IMG/VR virus record: IMGVR_UViG_2630968342_000003
Length of the DNA stretch: 4,834 bases
Direction: 5' to 3' (one strand)
DNA from: a virus
Taxonomy: Duplodnaviria; Heunggongvirae; Uroviricota; Caudoviricetes
Part shown: positions 1-4,834 of the stretch, in pieces
How positions within the stretch are numbered: position 1 is the first letter of the stretch
How the letters are laid out: every line of letters starts with the position of its first letter
Translations under genes and position numbers: made by a program
The notes under the pieces: model-generated
What the model saw: the letters and a program-made list of their open reading frames with translations, nothing else
What the model was told of the DNA's origin: nothing
Databases searched by the model: none

Positions 1-331
1 TCTCGATGGAAGTTATTGAGTGATCTCCTTTCATGAAAATACGCAAGCGGTTACGAACGGAATCTTCATGCCAGCGGGTATCGCTGTAACGGGTCAGCTG
101 GCGATACTTGTCTCCTGCATAGCTGAATGACGTCACCAGCCCCAACGTGTCCGTAAACTCATAACGGTATTTCACGTTAATCCCGTTCAGATCATCACTG
201 CCGGGAACGTTCGTCGAGGCATGAAGATACCCCGCGCTCAGCGTGGACTGATGTTCAGACGCCCATGCAGGCGCACCGGATACGGCCAGACAAATGGCTG
301 CGGACAAAATTGCTGCACAAACTTTACGCAT
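1..331 (-). CDS. lom: Lom-family outer membrane protein (Ail/Lom/PagC/OmpX 8-strand beta-barrel family); ATG at 331..329, ORF runs off the window at position 1. Frame departs from recalled lambda Lom in the last ~45 nt.
   Basis: Minus-strand translation from the ATG at 331..329 gives MRKVCAAILSAAICLAVSGAPAWASEHQSTLSAGYLHASTNVPGSDDLNGINVKYRYEFTDTLGLVTSFSYAGDKYRQLTRYSDTRWHEDSVRNR..., a near match to lambda Lom as I recall it, including the signal peptide ending AWA/SE. GAGG Shine-Dalgarno (plus strand CCTC 337..340) lies 5 nt upstream of the ATG. Position immediately downstream of J matches lambda gene order. After ...SVRNR the frame reads LRIFMKGDHSITSIE, which I do not recognise as Lom. Confidence 0.8.
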   Translation of the reverse strand, partial: MRKVCAAILSAAICLAVSGAPAWASEHQSTLSAGYLHASTNVPGSDDLNGINVKYRYEFTDTLGLVTSFSYAGDKYRQLTRYSDTRWHEDSVRNRLRIFMKGDHSITSIE

Positions 332-351
332 AATTACCTCTCGCTTTTCTG

Positions 352-380
352 CAATAAAAAAGGCGTCATTCCTGACGCCA
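352..380 (-). terminator. Rho-independent terminator downstream of J (tJ-like): 7-bp GC-rich stem, 4-nt loop, then a T-run on the minus strand
   Basis: Plus strand 356..379 reads AAAAAA GGCGTCA TTCC TGACGCC. On the minus strand this is GGCGTCA-GGAA-TGACGCC followed by TTTTTTATTGC, starting about 22 nt after the J stop codon. Seen directly in the sequence. Confidence 0.6.
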
Positions 381-401
381 TTTATTGGGGTTATAAATAT
401 T

Positions 402-3400
402 TCAACGAATACTGATGCCGGAAGCAGCTTTTTTGGTCACAATCACCGTACAGTCGGTGATATTGCCTGCCCCCTGATTGCCTTTCTGGAAAATCTTAAA
501 CTCCAGAGTGACGCTACCACCACCACTAGGCATATCAATAACTGCACTGTAACTACCGGGAATGGCCCCTTTAGTTTCTCTGGATGCGATTAATACGCCG
601 TTTTTGCGAACTTCAAAACCATAACCCGTGTATCGCGTGCCTCCTGGGTTATTTCCGCTCCCCGGATCGTCATACGCTATACCGTTAAAAATAATGGGCG
701 GAATAATAATCTGGCGGTCAAAGTTATGATCATCGCTGATGGTGACTGTAACCGTACCGTTTGGTGTTTCCGTGTTACCCCACGTACCGACTTTTTTCGG
801 GAAGGCTTTTGATACAGCTTTAACGAAATCCCCTCTGACCTGGGTCGCCTCCAGCATGCCCTTAATCGTACAGTTCTGGTTAATCGTGACATTGTTGAGC
901 GTTCCTGAGTTCGCATTCACACTGCCACTGATATCCGCATTTTTAGCGGTCAGCTTTCCGTCTGATGTCAGGGAAAATACCGGAGGACTGCCACCGCTGG
1001 TAATGGTGGGGGCCGTCAGGCGCTTCAGGAACACGTCGTTCATGAATATCTGGTTGCCCTGCGCCACAAACATCGGCGTTTCATTCCCGTTTGCCGGGTC
1101 AATAAACGCGATACGGTTAGCGGCAACCAGAAACTGGCTCAGCTTGCCTTCCTCCGTGTCCTCCATGCTGAGGCCAATACCCGCGACATAATGTTTGCCG
1201 TCTTTGGTCTGCTCAATTTTGACGCCCCACATGGCATTCCATTTATCGTTAGCGTCCTTCCACTCTTTCGAAAACTCATCCAGTCTGCTGGCGTTATCCT
1301 CCGTCAGATCGACTTTTTCCAGCAGCTCCTTGCCGAGATGAGATTCGGTTATCTTGCCTTTGAAAAAATCCAGGTAACCTTCCGCATCATCGCTCGCCCG
1401 ACCGACGGCTTCCACGAATGCCGATTTGCCAACGGTGTTCACACTGCGGATATAAAAGTAATAATCATGGCCCGGTTTGATATTGATACTGGCGGCTATC
1501 CAGTACAGCGCCGTACCAAGATAGCGGGCTGTGGTTTCAACCTGCCTGATATCGGTAATCCGCTTTTCCGAGAACCAGAACTCAAACTGTACCGTCGGGT
1601 CATAAACGGCAAGATGCGGCGTGGCGGTTATCTGAAAATAGCCCGGCGTCAGCTCAATCCTCGACGGTGCTGCCGGTGCGGCAATCCGGAACGATACCGA
1701 CGCCGGATCGCCCTGCTGCCCCCACGCATTTACCGCCCGGACTGTCAGCCTGTAGTTCCCCAGCGCCAGTTGCGTGAAGCGGTATGTGGTTTCCGTCGTC
1801 CGGGCCGTGCTGACCAGCCGCTCACTGCCGTCATCCGCTGTTACGGTCAGACGGAGCAGGAAGCTCACGCCCTTCACCACCTTCGGCGTGTCCCAGCGCG
1901 CCAGCACCTGATATTCCCCGCTGTCTGCGGTGACTTCGGCGGTCAGGTGCTGCACCGCTGGCGGCGTGACACCATTCACCGTGCCGCTCTGGTCGCCGTC
2001 AAAGTGCGCCCCGTTATCCACGATGGCTTCTTTTTCCGGTACATGCTGCACGGCAGTGATGGCATACGTGCCGTCATCGTTCTCACGGATACTCACACAG
2101 CGGAACAGGCGCTGACGCAACGTCGGCAACTTCAGCCCCCACACACTGTATTCTGCAACGCCGTCAGGAACCCGGTTCACTTTCACCTTAAGTCCGTCGG
2201 TGACGGACTGAACCTCCACGCTGACCGGATTACCACTTCCGTCAACCAGGCTTATCAGCGTGGTACCGGAGGATGGCAGCGTGATTTCACGGTCGAGCGT
2301 CAGCGTCCGGGTCTGGCTGGTCACCGCCAGCACGCGACCACCGGTGCTGATACCGGCATAGTCATCATCGCAGATTTCAATGACATCGCCCGGTACATGG
2401 CGAAGCCCTTCAGCACCCACGCTGAAATCCACGGTCTGCGTTTCCAGCAGTTCTGTTTTAATCAGCCACAGCCCGGCGCGATGTGCCTGCCCCCGGCTGG
2501 TACAGCCAAAGGCATCCATCTTCGTGACATTACGACCGTAACGGGCAATGGCCTGCGTATCTTCAACAAGCTCTGTCGCCGTCTCCCAGCCGTTGTTCGG
2601 GTCAATCCAGTTCACCTCAACGGCATTATGGCGGTCCTTCAGGGCGCTGAAACTGTAGCGGAACGGCGCGCCATCATCCGGCATCACCACATTACTGCGG
2701 TTATAGGTCCACACCTTATCCGACGGCCGGTCCTGCACGAACGTCAGCGTCTGCCCGTTCCATACCGGCATACAGCGCATCGCCGAGCAGAAATCACTGA
2801 GCACATCCCACGCCTTACGCTGTGTGGTCAGCCAGGCATTACAGGTGATGCGCGGCTCCGTACCGCCAAAGCCGTCCGGCACCGACTGGTCGCAATTCTG
2901 GCCGATGACATACAGCGCCCATTTATCCACATCTGCCGCACCAAGACGTTTCCCCATGCCGTAGCGCGGGTGGGTCAGCATATCCCACAGACACCAGGCC
3001 ATGTTGTTGCTGTATGCCGGTTTTAACGTTCCGTCCCAGATACCGCTGTATTGCCGCGTCTGCGGGTTATAATTCGACGGCACCTGCAGAATGCGCCCGC
3101 GAAGATGATAATTACGGCTCACCTGCTGGCTGCCGAACTGCTCCGAATCCACCTGCACGCCGACCAGTGCCGTGTTCGGGTAGCACTGTTTCACATCGAT
3201 GATTTCGGTGTATGACGACCAGAGCGTTTTGTTCTGCAGCTGGTCTGTGGTGCTGTCCGGCGTCATCCTGCGCATCCGGATATTAAACGGGCGCGGCGGC
3301 AGGTTATCCACCACCACCGAGGCCAGATACTGCGAGGTGGTTTTGCCTTTAATGGTGATGTCTTTTTCCGTCACCCAGCCACCATTACGCTGTATCTGAA

Positions 3401-3815
3401 CCAGCAGGCGGACTTCCGACGGATTCCGGTCACCCTTTGAGGTGGTTTCCACCAGTGCCTGCACACCGAAGGTAAAGCGCAGACGGTCGATGTTTGCCGA
3501 CGTGATGGTCCGGGTAATCGGCGTGTCGTACTTCACTTCCGTACCCAGCACCGTCTCGGAGCCGGAGGATTCAAATCCCTCCGGCGGTGTCTGCTCCTGC
3601 TCACCTGCCCGGAAAACCACCGTGACACCGGAGATATTGGTATTCCCCTCACTGTCCAGCACCGGCGTACTGTTCAGCAGCACACTTTTTAATCCGTCCA
3701 CCGGACCTTCAACCGGCCCTTCACTGATGGCGTCTATCACGCTCAGCATCTGGGATGATTTCAGGTTGTCCTTCGCTTCGCGCGGGGTATGCCCCTTACT
3801 GCTGCCTTTACCCAT
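402..3815 (-). CDS. J: Tail tip / central tail fibre host-specificity protein J, 1137 aa; lambda-like N-terminal and central regions, diverged C-terminal receptor-binding region
   Basis: Single 1137-aa ORF. The N-terminus [20 protein letters not shown]... and the bulk of the protein are near-identical to lambda gpJ (1132 aa) as recalled. GGAG (plus strand CTCC 3824..3827) lies 8 nt upstream of the ATG at 3815..3813. Stop is TGA at 404..402. The last ~165 residues align with lambda only in patches ([15 protein letters not shown] vs IVDMPAGRGNVILTF; [14 protein letters not shown] vs VMVIKKQALGISVV). Confidence 0.95.
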   Translation of the reverse strand: MGKGSSKGHTPREAKDNLKSSQMLSVIDAISEGPVEGPVDGLKSVLLNSTPVLDSEGNTNISGVTVVFRAGEQEQTPPEGFESSGSETVLGTEVKYDTPITRTITSANIDRLRFTFGVQALVETTSKGDRNPSEVRLLVQIQRNGGWVTEKDITIKGKTTSQYLASVVVDNLPPRPFNIRMRRMTPDSTTDQLQNKTLWSSYTEIIDVKQCYPNTALVGVQVDSEQFGSQQVSRNYHLRGRILQVPSNYNPQTRQYSGIWDGTLKPAYSNNMAWCLWDMLTHPRYGMGKRLGAADVDKWALYVIGQNCDQSVPDGFGGTEPRITCNAWLTTQRKAWDVLSDFCSAMRCMPVWNGQTLTFVQDRPSDKVWTYNRSNVVMPDDGAPFRYSFSALKDRHNAVEVNWIDPNNGWETATELVEDTQAIARYGRNVTKMDAFGCTSRGQAHRAGLWLIKTELLETQTVDFSVGAEGLRHVPGDVIEICDDDYAGISTGGRVLAVTSQTRTLTLDREITLPSSGTTLISLVDGSGNPVSVEVQSVTDGLKVKVNRVPDGVAEYSVWGLKLPTLRQRLFRCVSIRENDDGTYAITAVQHVPEKEAIVDNGAHFDGDQSGTVNGVTPPAVQHLTAEVTADSGEYQVLARWDTPKVVKGVSFLLRLTVTADDGSERLVSTARTTETTYRFTQLALGNYRLTVRAVNAWGQQGDPASVSFRIAAPAAPSRIELTPGYFQITATPHLAVYDPTVQFEFWFSEKRITDIRQVETTARYLGTALYWIAASINIKPGHDYYFYIRSVNTVGKSAFVEAVGRASDDAEGYLDFFKGKITESHLGKELLEKVDLTEDNASRLDEFSKEWKDANDKWNAMWGVKIEQTKDGKHYVAGIGLSMEDTEEGKLSQFLVAANRIAFIDPANGNETPMFVAQGNQIFMNDVFLKRLTAPTITSGGSPPVFSLTSDGKLTAKNADISGSVNANSGTLNNVTINQNCTIKGMLEATQVRGDFVKAVSKAFPKKVGTWGNTETPNGTVTVTISDDHNFDRQIIIPPIIFNGIAYDDPGSGNNPGGTRYTGYGFEVRKNGVLIASRETKGAIPGSYSAVIDMPSGGGSVTLEFKIFQKGNQGAGNITDCTVIVTKKAASGISIR

Positions 3816-3830
3816 TCGTCATGCTCCATA

Positions 3831-3857
3831 AACGATAAAACCGCCCGGAGGCGGTTT
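3831..3857 (-). promoter_or_regulatory. Intercistronic stem-loop with T-tract between I and J; possible partial terminator, attenuator or RNA-processing/stability element
   Basis: Plus strand 3838..3857 is AAACCGCC-CGGA-GGCGGTTT, a perfect 8-bp stem with 4-nt loop. On the minus strand it is followed by TTTTATCGTTTATGGAGCATGACGA and then the J ATG. It sits inside the 60-nt I-J gap. Confidence 0.35.
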
Positions 3858-3875
3858 CACATAAAACATTTTGCA

Positions 3876-4547
3876 TCAGCGACCAATCACCACAACCTGC
3901 CCACCATCCCCTTCGTCTGCCGTGCTGATTTCCTGAGAAACCACGCGTGACCCCACGCGCATTTCACCGTACAGAACCGGCAGAACATTGCCCTGGGCAA
4001 CCATGTTATCCAGTGAGGAGAAATAGGTGTTCTGTTTGCCGTTATCCGTTGTCTGTGTACGGGGAGTTCTGGCTTTCGGTGCCAGCATCTGCGCCACACC
4101 ACCGAGCACCATACTGGCACCGAGAGAAAACAGGATGCCGGTCATACCACCGGCCCCAATGGCTGCCCCCCATGCTGCAAGGGTGGCTCCGGCGGTAAAG
4201 AATGATCCGGCAATGGCGGCAGCCCCCAGGACAATCTGGAATACGCCACCTGACTTGGCCCCGGCGACTCTGGGAACAATATGAATCACAGCGCCATCAG
4301 GCAGAGTCTCATGTAACTGCGCCGTTAACCCGGACGTGCTGACGTCCCGCCCGGCAATCCGTACCTGATACCAGCCGTCGCTCAGTTTCTGACGAAACGC
4401 CGGGAGCTGTGTGGCCAGTGCGCGGATGGCTTCAGCCCCCGTTTTCACACGAAGGTCGATGCGGCGGCCAAATCGTTGCAAATCCCCGTAAAGGCAGATG
4501 CGCGCCATGCCCGGTGACGCCAGAGGGAGTGTGTGCGTCGCTGCCAT
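3876..4547 (-). CDS. I: Tail assembly protein I, 223 aa
   Basis: Translation MAATHTLPLASPGMARICLYGDLQRFGRRIDLRVKTGAEAIRALATQLP...GGQVVVIGR matches lambda gpI (223 aa) as recalled. Contains a C-terminal Gly/Ala-rich hydrophobic segment. Length and position between K and J match lambda. Confidence 0.9.
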   Translation of the reverse strand: MAATHTLPLASPGMARICLYGDLQRFGRRIDLRVKTGAEAIRALATQLPAFRQKLSDGWYQVRIAGRDVSTSGLTAQLHETLPDGAVIHIVPRVAGAKSGGVFQIVLGAAAIAGSFFTAGATLAAWGAAIGAGGMTGILFSLGASMVLGGVAQMLAPKARTPRTQTTDNGKQNTYFSSLDNMVAQGNVLPVLYGEMRVGSRVVSQEISTADEGDGGQVVVIGR

Positions 4548-4834
4548 TTGTCGGTATACCTCTCTCGTTTGCTCAGTTGTTCAGGAATATGGTGCAGCAG
4601 CTCGCCATCACCACAGTAAATGGCGGCATGATTCGGCACCGATGAACCAAAACAGCACAGCAGCACATCGCCCGGTTGTGCTGATGACAACGGCACCTGA
4701 TACAGCCCTGTGGCCTCCAGATTATCCAGATAGAGATTCTGGCCGTTACGCCACCAGTCATCCTCACGATGAAAGTCCGGCATCTCAATCCCCGCCAGAT
4801 GATAAGCATCCCGGAACAGCGTGTAACAGTCCGT
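4445..4834 (-). CDS. K: Tail assembly protein K, C-terminal part (NlpC/P60-type domain); 5' end lies beyond the window
   Basis: The minus-strand frame is open from the window edge (…TDCYTLFRDAYHLAGIE-MPDFHREDDWW…) to the stop at 4445. The Met at 4783 reported by the ORF track is internal. A Cys/His-containing NlpC/P60-like region (…DCYTLF… / …VPNHAAIYCGDGELLHH…) is consistent with lambda gpK. It overlaps the I start by ~100 nt in a different frame, as in lambda. Confidence 0.85.
   Translation of the reverse strand, partial: TDCYTLFRDAYHLAGIEMPDFHREDDWWRNGQNLYLDNLEATGLYQVPLSSAQPGDVLLCCFGSSVPNHAAIYCGDGELLHHIPEQLSKRERYTDKWQRRTHSLWRHRAWRASAFTGICNDLAAASTFV

Noticed and set aside
221-593. Two plus-strand ORFs (221..415 and 294..593)
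   Set aside because: They overlap the lom start, the J-lom terminator and the J 3' end on the opposite strand. They are Cys-rich and implausible as proteins, and better explained as shadows of lom and J.
677-1191. 79-aa minus-strand and 150-aa plus-strand ORFs inside J
   Set aside because: Alternate-frame or antisense ORFs wholly contained in the J coding region, with no start-site signals.
1191-3026. 611-aa plus-strand ORF spanning a large part of the window
   Set aside because: It lies entirely antisense to the strongly supported J gene. The translation is Arg/His/Pro/Cys-rich with no recognisable domain and no convincing ribosome-binding site. It is a typical shadow ORF opposite a GC-rich, codon-biased gene.
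3442-3831. 129-aa plus-strand ORF
   Set aside because: Antisense to the J N-terminal coding region. Low-complexity Ser/Thr/Pro-rich translation with no independent support.
3887-4284. Three small ORFs (3887..4120 minus, 3947..4198 plus, 4027..4284 plus) within I
   Set aside because: Alternate-frame or antisense to the well-supported I gene. Trp/Arg/Cys-rich translations typical of out-of-frame GC-rich sequence.
4783-4783. Met at 4783..4781 as the K start codon (as implied by the ORF track)
   Set aside because: The frame stays open upstream to position 4834 with protein-like sequence (TDCYTLFRDAYHLAGIE). Lambda K is ~199 aa, whereas a start here would give only 112 aa lacking the N-terminal half. 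K is called as 5' partial.
4573-4809. 78-aa minus-strand ORF and the 78-aa plus-strand ORF at 4409..4645
   Set aside because: Alternate frame or antisense within the K coding region. The K frame itself is the one open through to the window edge.
1-4834. A novel defence, toxin-antitoxin, CRISPR or other undescribed system
   Set aside because: Every substantial ORF is accounted for by K, I, J and lom in canonical lambda order. There are no direct-repeat arrays, no tRNA-like structures and no unexplained coding capacity. The unusual aspects are mosaicism within known genes, not a new system.

Overview
This window is the distal tail-tip module of a lambda-like (lambdoid) siphophage or prophage, encoded entirely on the minus strand in the conserved order K (5' partial) - I - J - lom (3' end at the window edge). 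I recognise K, I, J and the first ~96 codons of Lom from recalled phage lambda proteins; no search was run. The spacing matches lambda as I recall it: K and I overlap by about 100 nt out of frame, and the I-J gap is 60 nt. Two things depart from canonical lambda: the C-terminal ~165 residues of J (the receptor-binding end) are clearly diverged, and the lom frame stops resembling Lom about 45 nt from the window edge. A strong intrinsic-terminator hairpin sits between J and lom, and a second hairpin with a T-tract sits between I and J. I see no CRISPR array, tRNA, or recognisable defence or toxin system; all plus-strand ORFs in the track are antisense or alternate-frame shadows of these genes. 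The window is best read as a mosaic variant of a well-known phage module rather than a new system.
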